From Ferruginibacter sp. (lineage in GTDB: Bacteria; Bacteroidota; Bacteroidia; Chitinophagales; Chitinophagaceae), in NCBI GenBank assembly GCA_965247025.1, contig OZ252000.1:1169458-1233457 (forward strand): a DNA stretch of 64,000 bases, written 5' to 3'. The notes under the pieces are model-generated. The model was not told the origin of the DNA. It was given only the letters and a program-made list of their open reading frames with translations, and did no database searches. Shown one piece after another: positions 50,027-59,058 of this stretch (positions are counted from its first letter, which is position 1; each line of letters begins with the position of its first letter). Both the position numbers and the translations under genes were made by a program.

Positions 50027-52006
50027 ATGTTATTTAAAATGAAAGTCGCAAAAAAGATTGCCCTCATATTCATTCTATTGTGTTGTTCGCTTTTTATTAA
50101 AGCGCAAAATAATTATGCAGATAGTTTGAAACAACAACTAACAGTAGCCAAAGAAGATGTAAACAAGGTTAATTTATTTTCAGAACTGGCAAGATTCTAC
50201 ATGTTTTTTTACCCTGATACATCAGCATATTATGGCAAAAAAGGGTTACAACTGGCGAGACAAGTAAACTACAAAGCAGGGCAGGCAAGTTGCATGTTGT
50301 CACTATGCATAAGCTATACCTTTTCAGGCGATTATATCAGCGCACTTAACTTTGGGCTTGAAGCATCGCCTATATTGGCAGATTTACATGACACTACCCT
50401 GGTTATCTGGAACAATATCCAAATTGCTACCTGCTACCGTCAACTTGAAGATTATGACCAGGCATTGGCCTATGGATTTAAAGCAGATAATTTTTCCAAA
50501 CTCTTTCATCCTGGTTACAACCAGCAAAGTGTAGTTTTTGGATTAATAGGTTCTATTTATGAAAAGAAGAATCAACTTGATTCTGCATTAAATTTTGAAA
50601 AAAAAGCATTTGCTACGGATAGTGGCTGGTGTCAGATATTTCAATTTCTTGGTCAAACCTATGCTAAAAAAGGCCGCCTGGATTCAGCATTAAATTACTA
50701 TGAAAGAGGTTTAGGCAATTCCGTAAAAGAAAACAATACGGTGGCATTTATAGATCTGTGTAATAACCTCTCCAAAATTTTTGAATCTACCGGACATACA
50801 GATTCTTCGTTATTCTATGCCAACAAAGCTATTCCGCAGTTTGGAACAAAAACCAATCCTGAAGGTTTACTGGAGCTTTCCACACGCCTTGCCAGGCTTT
50901 ATGAAATGCAGGGAAAACCGGATAGTACCATAAAATATCTAAAAGTTGAGAATACGTTAAAAGACATTTTGTACAGCCGGAAGAAAACCCGGGAGGCACA
51001 AAATTTTGCCTTTAATGAAAAGTTACATCAACAGGATCTTATCTCTCAGCATCAAAGAGATGAAAACAAAATAAGAATAGCTGTACTACTTGCTGTCGTG
51101 CTCATTTTTTTATCAATAGCCTTTTTTCTTTAGAGAAATAACCAGCAAAAACAAAAAGCAAAAACTAAAATTGAAAAAGCGTACGCTGAATTAAAATCGA
51201 CTCAGGCTCAGCTTATTCAAAGTGAAAAAATGGCCAGCCTTGGTGAACTCACTGCAGGCATTGCTCATGAAATACAGAACCCGTTGAACTTTGTGAATAA
51301 TTTTAGTGAAGTAAACAGTGAGTTAATTAAGGAATTAAAAAATGAGGCAGTAAATGGCAACATAGATGAAGTGACTGCCATTGCGAATGACATTGAATCC
51401 AACTCCGAAAAAATCAATCACCATGGTAAACGTGCAGATGCCATTGTAAAAGGCATGCTGCAGCATTCTCGTCAAACATCCGGCGTAAAAGAACTTACAG
51501 ATATCAATGCCTTGTGTGATGAATATTTGCGGCTCGCTTATCATGGCCTGCGTGCAAAAGACAAAAGTTTTAATGCTGATTTAAAAACGGAGTTTGATAA
51601 CACAATTGGTAAAATAAATATTGTGCCGCAAGACATGGGACGGGTATTATTAAATTTATTCAACAATGCTTTTTATGCAGTAAATGAAAAGAAGAAAACT
51701 GCTGAAAACAATTATCTTCCAACAGTTTTGGTACAAACAAAAAAGATAAATGATAAGGTTGAAATATTGGTTGAAGACAATGGCAATGGCATTCCTGATT
51801 CAATAAAAGAAAAAATCTTTCAGCCATTTTTTACCACCAAACCCACCGGACAGGGAACAGGATTGGGATTGAGTTTAAGTTATGATATTATTAAGGCACA
51901 TAAAGGAGAAATAACAATGGAAACAAAAGATAAAAAAGAGGAGATGGTTGATATGGGGAAAAGCAAAGGAACAAGATTTATAGTTCAACTTCCAACAACT
52001 GCCTGA
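50027..52006 (+). pseudogene. TPR-sensor histidine kinase interrupted by one in-frame TAG (51131-51133)
   Basis: ORFs 50027-51133 (signal, TPR repeats, TM segment ...LLAVVLIFLSIAFFL*) and 51230-52006 (H-box IAHEIQNPLNF, N-box LLNLFNNAFYA, G-boxes DNGNGI and GTGLGLS) are in the same frame. Read-through gives RNNQQKQKAKTKIEKAYAELKSTQAQLIQSEKMASLGELTAG, the normal linker of this kinase class. Confidence 0.75.
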
Positions 52007-52184
52007 TAAAAATAAAATAGCTGTTTGCTGTGTTTCCGCTCCGTGCCTCCCTTAAAATTCAAACCTTCCCAGCCGGTTCTCCTCCACCGTTGCAGCAAAG
52101 CGTGGGTGAGCGATACCCCGGAAAGCTGCCCAAATTTATACCATCCAGCCTGCCAAAGTTTAGCAGCATACCTCAGCAATAAAT

Positions 52185-52330
52185 AATGTTGATGTGGCAA
52201 CCGTTAAACCGTTAATTCAAGCGCCTGCTAAGTAGCGGCGGGTGCTGCAGCCAGCACACAAAAGCGCTGTGTAGAAACCCGCCTGGGAATTGTATAAACT
52301 ATGGAGTGGCGGAATGGAAGGGAAGACTCC
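52185..52330 (-). repeat. family-F ~145-bp repeat
   Basis: AATGTTGATGTGGCAACC...AGTAGCGGCGGGTGCTGCAGCCAGCACACAAAAGCGCTGTGTAGAAACCC...GGAGTGGCGGAATGGAAGGGAAGACTCC. The second copy is at 55899-56038. Confidence 0.65.
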
Positions 52331-52375
52331 CGGCAGAAGGAAGTATGCAGAGCTTTGTGACAAAAACATATTGTA

Positions 52376-53047
52376 TTAAGTAAGTAATTGTCTATTGGCC
52401 TTCCTGAGGAAATTAACACCAGCAAATATTGTCCAAATTGGAAGTGTTAATACACCCATAAATGAACCAATCCAAATAAATTGATGCAAAAAAATATTTG
52501 CAGCTGTATTAGCAGGAATCTTGTCCATCACTTCGTCCGATGGTGCAGGTATATGAAGAATTACATTATCAACAAAAATGGCATACCCAATGGGAAATAT
52601 GCCAACAAGTGTCAGTCCGAAGCCAACAATTATCCCAAACCAGCTGAGCCATTGAGGAATCAGTTCTTTTATACGCCAACATGCAATTATAAGCCAGGCA
52701 CCAAAAATTCCCTGGGGAAACATATACAACGTGTCGGCAAGAATTTTTGGAAAAATAAGCAATAAAAAAAGTATAGTAAAACAGAGAGCACCCACTCCCA
52801 CATTAAGCATTGTTTGCGACTTGTTTAGAGTATGTTCCTGTATAAGTTTAGAAAATGCATTTACAACCGGAATTAAAAAAAGAAATTGAATAATAACACA
52901 GGAATCATGAACTCTGATTGACACAGCTCCATTTTGTGCATCCTGATTCCGAAGCACCAGAAACCCAATTAGAAAAACATATGCTAAAATACCAATTACG
53001 CCGCTGGCAATTCCTGCACGTCCGGCTGAACGATAAGATATATTCAT
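52376..53047 (-). CDS. hypothetical integral membrane protein
   Basis: 223 aa with about 6 TM segments. It is preceded on the minus strand by a hairpin-plus-core module ending GTTGTGT. Confidence 0.65.
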   Translation of the reverse strand: MNISYRSAGRAGIASGVIGILAYVFLIGFLVLRNQDAQNGAVSIRVHDSCVIIQFLFLIPVVNAFSKLIQEHTLNKSQTMLNVGVGALCFTILFLLLIFPKILADTLYMFPQGIFGAWLIIACWRIKELIPQWLSWFGIIVGFGLTLVGIFPIGYAIFVDNVILHIPAPSDEVMDKIPANTAANIFLHQFIWIGSFMGVLTLPIWTIFAGVNFLRKANRQLLT

Positions 53048-53086
53048 ATTAAAAATCTGTATTTATTACAAAAGTAATTTAAGCTT

Positions 53087-53205
53087 GCACACAACTTGTT
53101 GCAAGCCGCAGTTACCGGCGGGTTAAAAATAAGATTTAATTGATAATGAATGGGTTACAGGAGTACATTTTTAGATTGTTGGTTGCGGCAGCCTCCTTCC
53201 ATTTA
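53087..53205 (-). repeat. family-D element, partial
   Basis: GCACACAAC-TT-GTTGCAAGCCGC-AGTTAC-CGGCGGGTTAAAAATAAGATTTAATTGATAATGAATGGGTTACAGGAGTACATTTTTAGATTGTTGGTTGCGGCAGCC. Confidence 0.55.
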
Positions 53206-53293
53206 ACCTTGGCCTGCGTTCGTGGCTCACGAATGTAAAATGTTCTTCAGCCAATAACCAAGACAGGAGCACTCAGCCCACGGGGGCAGACAT

Positions 53294-53425
53294 TTAAGGG
53301 AGATGTATATTTAATCTAAAATGCTTTATCAGCAATTCTAAAAGCTTTATAAGTATGCCGGTAATTATAATAACAGTTAATACAATTCTTAGCCATTTGG
53401 GAATAAAGTCTTTCTCTTTTTTCAT
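53294..53425 (-). CDS. possible 43-aa single-TM peptide (below the ORF-track size cut-off)
   Basis: My own translation gives MKKEKDFIPKWLRIVLTVIIITGILIKLLELLIKHFRLNIHLP*. There is no other support. Confidence 0.3.
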   Translation of the reverse strand: MKKEKDFIPKWLRIVLTVIIITGILIKLLELLIKHFRLNIHLP

Positions 53426-53605
53426 TTGCTGAATATAACATTCGCCTCAATCAAAAACAAGTGGCGCCGGATTTTTTGTTTTTCTTTTTTTGGAGTTGTC
53501 TTTACAATTTTCAAGATACTTTACCGGCTGTTTGTCAAAAACAAGTTATAATAATTTGTCACGAATGTAAAATGTTCGTGAGCCACTAACCAGGGCAGGG
53601 GAATT

Positions 53606-53693
53606 GGTGATTAAATAATATCATGCCTTTAGTAATTGACCGGCACAGGAAACCCACTACACAAAGCTCAGCCTCATTCCTGTGCCTAAAAGC
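53606..53693 (-). repeat. family-E structured repeat
   Basis: A perfect 10-bp stem GGCACAGGAA (53642-53651) / TTCCTGTGCC (53678-53687) around a 26-nt loop. Confidence 0.65.
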
Positions 53694-53750
53694 ATTTCGA
53701 TTTGTTAACCACACCAGCGCTTAATGGGGAGTGTTGTGCAACTTCTCTTG

Positions 53751-54311
53751 TCATTCGTTTTTTAAGAAGACCAAATTGTCAACATACAATTCTGTTGCTT
53801 GCTTTTTCCCACCGATAATTTTTATTAATGCAGAGTCAACTGTCAATGAATTTTGTGAGATAGGAATTTCTATTTTTCTGTAAGTCTGATTTGATGATGT
53901 TTCATAAAAATTTCCCTTGTCAATTATGTTATTTCCTGAAAATAAGTCTATGTGTATTGTTGCAGTGTCTCCATTAGCAATAGTTGATTTTATGTAACCA
54001 GTCAACAATGTAGGGTGTAATGAAATTGGGAATATATTGTTTGCAAAACTGTTGTAAAGATTATTATAAATAAATTTAGCAGCAAATTGTCCATTAGAAA
54101 CATCTGTCACTTTTTTTACAATGTAGGTTTCATATGGTGGAACACAAGCTGGACAGCTATTCGTCTGCCAACTATATAAATTTGGCATATTGTCCCACAA
54201 CTCAAAGTCTCCATTTGGAATTGGGATTATCTGTTGGTTTACATTGTCCTTTTTACAAGCAAAAAATGTCAGCATAAATAATGTAGCTATTGAAAATTTT
54301 ATTGCTTTCAT
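53751..54311 (-). CDS. lipoprotein, function unknown
   Basis: The lipobox-type signal is MKAIKFSIATLFMLTFFAC. The mature part begins IPNGDFELWDN. Confidence 0.7.
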   Translation of the reverse strand: MKAIKFSIATLFMLTFFACKKDNVNQQIIPIPNGDFELWDNMPNLYSWQTNSCPACVPPYETYIVKKVTDVSNGQFAAKFIYNNLYNSFANNIFPISLHPTLLTGYIKSTIANGDTATIHIDLFSGNNIIDKGNFYETSSNQTYRKIEIPISQNSLTVDSALIKIIGGKKQATELYVDNLVFLKNE

Positions 54312-54385
54312 AATATTTGTTTTAGTTATGACAACAGTTTCTTGTCAATCGTTGCACTGAATTATTGAAGTGGTCGTTTTGCATT

Positions 54386-54548
54386 ACACACCACTCGTTA
54401 ATTGCAGCAATTAGCGGGAGGTTAAAATAAAGATTTTGTTGATAATGAATAAGTTACAAGGGGTACATTTTAAATTGTGAGTTACGGCAATCTCCTCATA
54501 CATAAATGTATCACTTTTTATGTAAACTCCCCTACCTCACAAACAAGC
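54386..54548 (-). repeat. family-D ~165-bp element, full copy
   Basis: It is identical to 63270-63432 at most positions by eye, including the internal hairpins TACATAAA...TTTATGTA and ATTGCCG.AA...TTGC.GCAAT. On the minus strand it ends GTGGTGT 75 nt upstream of the lipoprotein ATG. Confidence 0.7.
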
Positions 54549-54686
54549 ATTCCGTTCTTCTCCATCAGGCGCAGGGCTCCGGCCCTGTGTCTCCATGTTA
54601 CTAATTTTTGCAAATCAGAAACCATCCAATATTACAAAATTCAGCAGCCCTTTTTAGTTGTGAGATAATCAATTGCAGGGCTGTAA

Positions 54687-54805
54687 AGTCAACGCCAGTT
54701 TTCACTTACAAACCCTGCCGTTACCGGGTTCTGATTGACCCATCTGAAAAAAGTTGCGACACAGCTTTCGGCCGCCCAGCTTTTGTAAGTACTTTTATTG
54801 GCGGC
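54687..54805 (-). other. attC-like site after the CMD-family gene (~119 bp)
   Basis: The minus strand reads ...CCGCCAATAAAAGTACTTACAAAAGCTGGGCGG ... CGGCAGGGTTTGTAAGTGAAAACTGGC-GTTGACT, with imperfect inverted arms. The arm sequence is related to the 61151-61356 site. Confidence 0.5.
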
Positions 54806-54901
54806 AGTATTGTAATTCAGATAATGTGTCAAATATCTTTTGAATATTTTGTGGAGTCAAAGGGATTTAATCTTTCCTCAAGACATCTTTGTAATATATT
54901 A

Positions 54902-55231
54902 TCATTGTTTTGATTCAAACATTTCTTTAGCAATCATTATGGCTGTCATTGCTCTTGGCCAACCAGTATAGAATGCTAAATGAGTTATTACACCAACTAG
55001 TTCAGCTTCTGTCAGTCCATTATCTTTTGCACGGCTTAAATGATATTTTAGTTGTCCAGAATGTTCGCCTGTAACTAAAGCTGCAACAGTGATTAGACTT
55101 CTATCTCTTGGAGAAAGTTCTTTTCCTTCCCATACATCACCAAAAAGTACATTGTCTGTATATTCGACAAGCTTTGGTGCAAAGTCTCCTATCATTTTTT
55201 TTGCAGCGGATATTTTCTCTTCGTTACTCAT
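54902..55231 (-). CDS. carboxymuconolactone decarboxylase (AhpD-like) family protein
   Basis: 109 aa. It carries PRDRSLITVAALVTGEHSGQLKYHLSRAKDNGLTEAELVGVITHLAFYTGWP. Confidence 0.85.
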   Translation of the reverse strand: MSNEEKISAAKKMIGDFAPKLVEYTDNVLFGDVWEGKELSPRDRSLITVAALVTGEHSGQLKYHLSRAKDNGLTEAELVGVITHLAFYTGWPRAMTAIMIAKEMFESKQ

Positions 55232-55300
55232 TTGAATTATTTTTTAAAATGGTCAATGTGATTTTAGTAAAGCATATTTTTAAGGTTCGCCAAATATTGA

Positions 55301-55375
55301 AACCAACTTGTTAAATGCCGCAACTCACGGCGGGTTTAAAAACAAAGTTTTATCAATAATCAATCACCAACCACA
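55301..55375 (-). repeat. family-D element, partial (hairpin-plus-core module)
   Basis: AACCAAC-TT-GTTAAATGCCGC-AACTCA-CGGCGGGTTTAAAAAC. The minus-strand core GTTGGTT lies 70 nt upstream of the CMD start. Confidence 0.55.
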
Positions 55376-55417
55376 GACGCAGGAAATTAAGTGAAAAACT
55401 CCGGAAAGGATTATTAC

Positions 55418-55804
55418 CTACTGTTTGCTCAAGATTTCTGAAGCATCAAACTCTTGCTTAAACAACAGATGAATCAAAATGGCTTTGGTTGAGGTATTTT
55501 CAACTTCAGCGTAAGAGGAAACGAATTTCCAATTTTTTAAACTCATGTAGTTTAATATTACCACGCTACTTGAAATATCTTTAATATTCATAACACTGTC
55601 CAGGCTTTGACTAACAGTTTCATCTTTAAATGTAAAGTAAGTTTGTCCATAATCTATCGAATTGATTTTGTAGCCGGTACTCCAAACTCGGCTATTCATT
55701 ACCACTTCACAAAATTTCTCCACCTTTTGGGAATAAGAAACTCTTGCCGTTGATACAATTAAAATTATCAGTACAGACAAGGCTTTTAGTAATGATGTTT
55801 TCAT
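55418..55804 (-). CDS. secreted hypothetical protein
   Basis: The signal peptide MKTSLLKALSVLIILIVSTARVSYSQ starts at the ATG at 55804. The longer track ORF runs into repeat F. Confidence 0.6.
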   Translation of the reverse strand: MKTSLLKALSVLIILIVSTARVSYSQKVEKFCEVVMNSRVWSTGYKINSIDYGQTYFTFKDETVSQSLDSVMNIKDISSSVVILNYMSLKNWKFVSSYAEVENTSTKAILIHLLFKQEFDASEILSKQ

Positions 55805-55898
55805 TTTTTTGGCAGTATATTTTTTAAAAAGGTTTAAATTTTTCCACCATCGGTTCTCTACTCCAGGTAAAAGCAAAGAGCAGAACTTAAAGACAGGT

Positions 55899-56038
55899 AA
55901 TGTTGGTGTGGCAACCATTCATTCATGCCCCCTGCTGAGTAGCGGCGGGTGTTGCAGCCAGCGCACAAAAGCAATGCGTAGAAACCCGACTTGAAATTTT
56001 ATAAATTACAGAGTGGCGGAAATTGAATGGAAGACTCC
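55899..56038 (-). repeat. family-F repeat
   Basis: Second copy of the 52185-52330 element. The small internal stem co-varies: GCGCA/TGCGT here versus ACACA/TGTGT there. Confidence 0.65.
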
Positions 56039-56051
56039 AAGCAAAAAAATT

Positions 56052-56139
56052 GGTGCTTTAATATTATCATGCCTTTAGTAATTGCCCGGCACAGGAGACC
56101 AAACGCACAAAGCTCAGCCTCACTCCTGCGCCTAAAAAA
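56052..56139 (-). repeat. family-E structured repeat
   Basis: The stem is GGCACAGGAG (56088-56097) / CTCCTGCGCC (56123-56132). One position shows a compensatory change relative to the other copies. Confidence 0.65.
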
Positions 56140-56357
56140 TTGAAGCGGCACCTTATTGACCTCAACGAAAGAAAGGACCAGCCAAATGTAAAAAAACAGT
56201 AAGAATCAAAGCAGGAAAGTACCTGAAGCAACCAACCAACCTTCCTGTTGCTACCGTTTACCCATCCGGTTCAAAGAGTCTGCTCCTGCCAGCTTCCGTA
56301 AAGCCACACCACCAATTATTCAAACCCCATAAGTAATAGCCCGGCTACCTCCGGTTC

Positions 56358-56423
56358 AGTCAACAAAGGCTTAAATCGAAGTTCCGCTATCGCTCCTCTT
56401 CGTTTAAGCCATATATGTTGGGC
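56358..56423 (-). other. 66-bp attC-like recombination site of the PIN cassette
   Basis: The minus strand reads GCCCAAC-ATATAT-GGCTTAAACGAAG-AGGAGCGATAGCGGAA-CTTCGATTTAAGCC-TTT-GTTGACT. It has an RYYYAAC box, 13/14-nt imperfect inverted arms with one bulged base, and a GTTRRRY-like box. Confidence 0.65.
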
Positions 56424-56434
56424 GTAGGCAAAGT

Positions 56435-56584
56435 CTATTTTGCAGTCTGTAACTTGTTTTTGTTCAAGTATTCTTTGAATTCAGCGAAACTCATTTTTTC
56501 GGTTTCCTTTGCAATTTTTTCCTTAATTTCTCTGAACACTTTTACTGTGTCAAAAGTTTTTTCTTTTTTATTTGTCGTTTTCAT
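56435..56584 (-). CDS. small protein downstream of the PIN gene (possible antitoxin/partner)
   Basis: 49 aa from the ATG at 56584: MKTTNKKEKTFDTVKVFREIKEKIAKETEKMSFAEFKEYLNKNKLQTAK. It overlaps the PIN stop by 17 nt. Confidence 0.45.
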   Translation of the reverse strand: MKTTNKKEKTFDTVKVFREIKEKIAKETEKMSFAEFKEYLNKNKLQTAK

Positions 56585-57035
56585 TGTATACAATTTCTTT
56601 TGGTGAACGAATGTCAAGTTGTGAATAACCACAACGTAAATTTATTGAATTGTAGCCACGAATTCTAAAAACGTTTACAATGTGTTTAAAGTTCCAACTC
56701 ACTAAAAAGTCCACTTTGTTAAGCGTTGCAGTTGCAATATGTCTACAATCGTCTGCACTTGTCGGACCAACAACTTTTTCATCTAAATATTTTTGAGCAA
56801 GTTCGTAAGCTTCTTCTGTCACTTCTACAAACTGCAAATGTTCTTTGGGTAAGTCTGCAAAAAAATCTCTAACTCTTTGTGGTGCATTTTTAAGTTCTGT
56901 TTCTGAAAGGTCTGAATAAACACAAATTATCTGTCCTAACTTTACCTTTTCAAATAGCAAAGTTGAGATTTCTTCAAATTCCTCATCGTAAACTCCTCCA
57001 AAAACAGAAGTGTCAAAATATAACCTTGGTTTCAT
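56568..57035 (-). CDS. PIN-domain (VapC-like) protein
   Basis: 155 aa with N-terminal YFDTSVF (acidic residue 1), SADDCRHIATA and SWNFKHI. Confidence 0.75.
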   Translation of the reverse strand: MKPRLYFDTSVFGGVYDEEFEEISTLLFEKVKLGQIICVYSDLSETELKNAPQRVRDFFADLPKEHLQFVEVTEEAYELAQKYLDEKVVGPTSADDCRHIATATLNKVDFLVSWNFKHIVNVFRIRGYNSINLRCGYSQLDIRSPKEIVYNENDK

Positions 57036-57116
57036 TCTGCAAATTTACAAATAATTGGTCAAGTTGTATTTGTTTGTCAATTTTGGGTGGTCTGTCGGTT
57101 GCTTACGCCCAACGAG

Positions 57117-58861
57117 AGTTTGTGAAAAAACTCCTTTAGCCAAATATACACACAATGTGAATAGCGTAAACAGCGTATGATTTTTGTTATAAAAAAGGCA
57201 TGCAGTTTATACAAGGAAACAACAGACATCAAACCTACTTCACCACACCCGACGACCAGGTGAGTGCTGACAATGCAGCAAGGCTCATGGATGCTTTTAT
57301 TGATAAGCTTGATCTGCAAAAATTAGGCTTTACCGGCACGGTTCATAAAAGTGAAGGCCGGCCGCCGTATGCACCCGGAGTGCTGTTAAAATTGTACCTC
57401 TACGGCTATCTCAATAAAATCCGCAGCAGCCGGAAGCTCGAAAAGGAATGCAGCCGAAACATTGAACTGCAGTGGCTGTTGCAGGGACTGCAACCTAACT
57501 ACCACACCATTGCAGATTTTCGTAAAGTACATGCAGTGCCTTTACAATCCATGTTTAAACTGTATGTACAGTTTCTTAGCGATGCAGGCCTGCTGGGCAA
57601 AACAACCATCGGTATAGATGGCAGTAAGTTTAAAGCAGTTAACAGTAAAAAGAATAACTACAACCAAAAAAAGATAGATAAGCACCGCCAGTTTATTGAA
57701 GACAAAACTGCGAAATATTTACAGGAACTCGATGAACTGGATCAGCAGGAAAACGTGGCTGCCAGTGATGAACTCCTGCTAAAAAAAGAAAAGATAGCAC
57801 AGGGCCTCGCCAGGCTAAAAGAACGCACCATTAAATACGATACGCTTCAGCACCAACTGGATGCTACGGATGATAAGCAGGTTAGCACCACTGATGCTGA
57901 CAGCCGCAGCATACTTATAACCAAAAGTATTGTAGAAGTTGCCTATAATACACAGAATGCTGTGGACGATAAACACAACCTGATAGTACATACACAAGCC
58001 ACCAATACCAATGATGGCAAGGCTCTACACAAAGCAGCTATACAAGCCAAACAAAATCTGCAATTAAAAAAAGAAGACAGCCTGATGGTGCTGGCAGATA
58101 AAGGTTACCATACCGGTGCTGAGCTGCTCGAATGTCAGCAGGAAAACATGATCACCCATGTAGCGTATAAAGAACAGCCTGGTGTCAAACACATTGCCAA
58201 CGAATTTTTAGTTGAAAGCTTTAACTATAATAAACTGGCAGATACCTATACCTGCCCCGCCGGTGCAGTACTAACGTCACTGGGTACCTGGCACAATAAA
58301 AAAGGTGAAGCAAATGAAACCAGCTACCGCTTTAAAACATACCGTACCGGTGCCTGTAAAACATGCCCGTTAAAAAGCCAGTGTACCAAACTTCCCAAGC
58401 GCATTATCCAGCGTAGTGAATACCAGGATGCGGTAGACCTCAATGATAACAACATCAAAAAAAATCCCCAATATTACAAGCGAAGACAAGCCATTTGTGA
58501 ACATCCCTTTGGCAGTATAAAAAGGCATTGGGGTTACACACATACACTGCTGAAAGGATTGCAAAAAGTAAATGGTGAAATGAACCTCATCATGTTTTGT
58601 TACAACTTTATGCGAACCAAAAACATACTCGGCTTTGAAAAAATGCTGCAGACAATCAAAAACTGGCAACCAGATTACACCAAAGTAATCTGCCTTTTAA
58701 AAAGCGCCTCTATTAAGCCGATTTACAGACAACATAAGCCTCCATTTTTTTTGAATAATTACTGCGTGGTATTTTTAAGGACTGCCTGAATCAACTTCTA
58801 TTGGCTTGTGGTGAAAAGTTACGGGGCGGTTTTTTGACTTTTTTTAGTTTTCTCACAGTCT
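57117..58861 (+). mobile_element. IS1182-family insertion sequence
   Basis: It has a single transposase ORF. The imperfect terminal inverted repeats are AGTTTGTGAAAAAACT (57117-57132) and AGTTTTCTCACAGTCT (58846-58861), matching at 13 of 16 positions. Confidence 0.75.
57200..58789 (+). CDS. IS1182-family (IS5-like DDE) transposase
   Basis: 529 aa. The N-terminal InsH-type domain reads GRPPYAPGVLLKLYLYGYLNKIRSSRKLEKECSRNIELQWLL...YHTIADFRK. The protein also has a Cys-rich segment CPAG...CKTCPLKSQC and a C-terminal DDE region. Confidence 0.9.
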   Translation: MQFIQGNNRHQTYFTTPDDQVSADNAARLMDAFIDKLDLQKLGFTGTVHKSEGRPPYAPGVLLKLYLYGYLNKIRSSRKLEKECSRNIELQWLLQGLQPNYHTIADFRKVHAVPLQSMFKLYVQFLSDAGLLGKTTIGIDGSKFKAVNSKKNNYNQKKIDKHRQFIEDKTAKYLQELDELDQQENVAASDELLLKKEKIAQGLARLKERTIKYDTLQHQLDATDDKQVSTTDADSRSILITKSIVEVAYNTQNAVDDKHNLIVHTQATNTNDGKALHKAAIQAKQNLQLKKEDSLMVLADKGYHTGAELLECQQENMITHVAYKEQPGVKHIANEFLVESFNYNKLADTYTCPAGAVLTSLGTWHNKKGEANETSYRFKTYRTGACKTCPLKSQCTKLPKRIIQRSEYQDAVDLNDNNIKKNPQYYKRRQAICEHPFGSIKRHWGYTHTLLKGLQKVNGEMNLIMFCYNFMRTKNILGFEKMLQTIKNWQPDYTKVICLLKSASIKPIYRQHKPPFFLNNYCVVFLRTA

Positions 58862-59058
58862 GACGGACAGGGCTTTGTGCAGGTTGGGAAATAGAATTCC
58901 GTCTGCCCGGAACCGCTGCTGATTGAAAAACTGATGATGAAGATAACAACAAAAAGCCAAATAGCATTCCGTCAAGCCCGAACAAAAGCTGAATAGAATT
59001 ACAAATGCTCATTGTTATTCCGTCTGCCCAACTTGCACAAAACCCCTTGTTGTATGCC
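58862..59058 (-). other. long attC-like site of the RiPP cassette, separated from its 3' core by the IS
   Basis: The minus strand reads GGCATACAAC-AAGGGGTTTTGTGCAAGTTGGGCAGACGG ... CCCAACCTGCACAAAGCCCTGTCCGTC, then the IS. The arms are imperfect reverse complements. The expected GTT core (GTTGGGC, 57113-57107) sits on the other side of the IS. Confidence 0.55.

Noticed and set aside
51985-52425. ORFs 51985-52200(-) and 52228-52425(-).
   Set aside because: They are translations of the family-F repeat. The second copy of the repeat, at 55.9 kb, does not keep the frames.
54477-54913. ORFs 54477-54668(+) and 54608-54913(+).
   Set aside because: They are on the opposite strand to all neighbouring cassette genes and are composed of repeat D and attC-like sequence.
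57077-57319. 80-aa minus-strand ORF across the left IS end.
   Set aside because: It is antisense to the transposase 5' end and spans the IS boundary, so it cannot be a conserved gene.
58791-59012. 73-aa ORF next to the IS, and the 60-aa ORF at 61243-61425.
   Set aside because: Both lie wholly within the long attC-like sites and are built from the shared GC-rich motif, so they are not credible genes.
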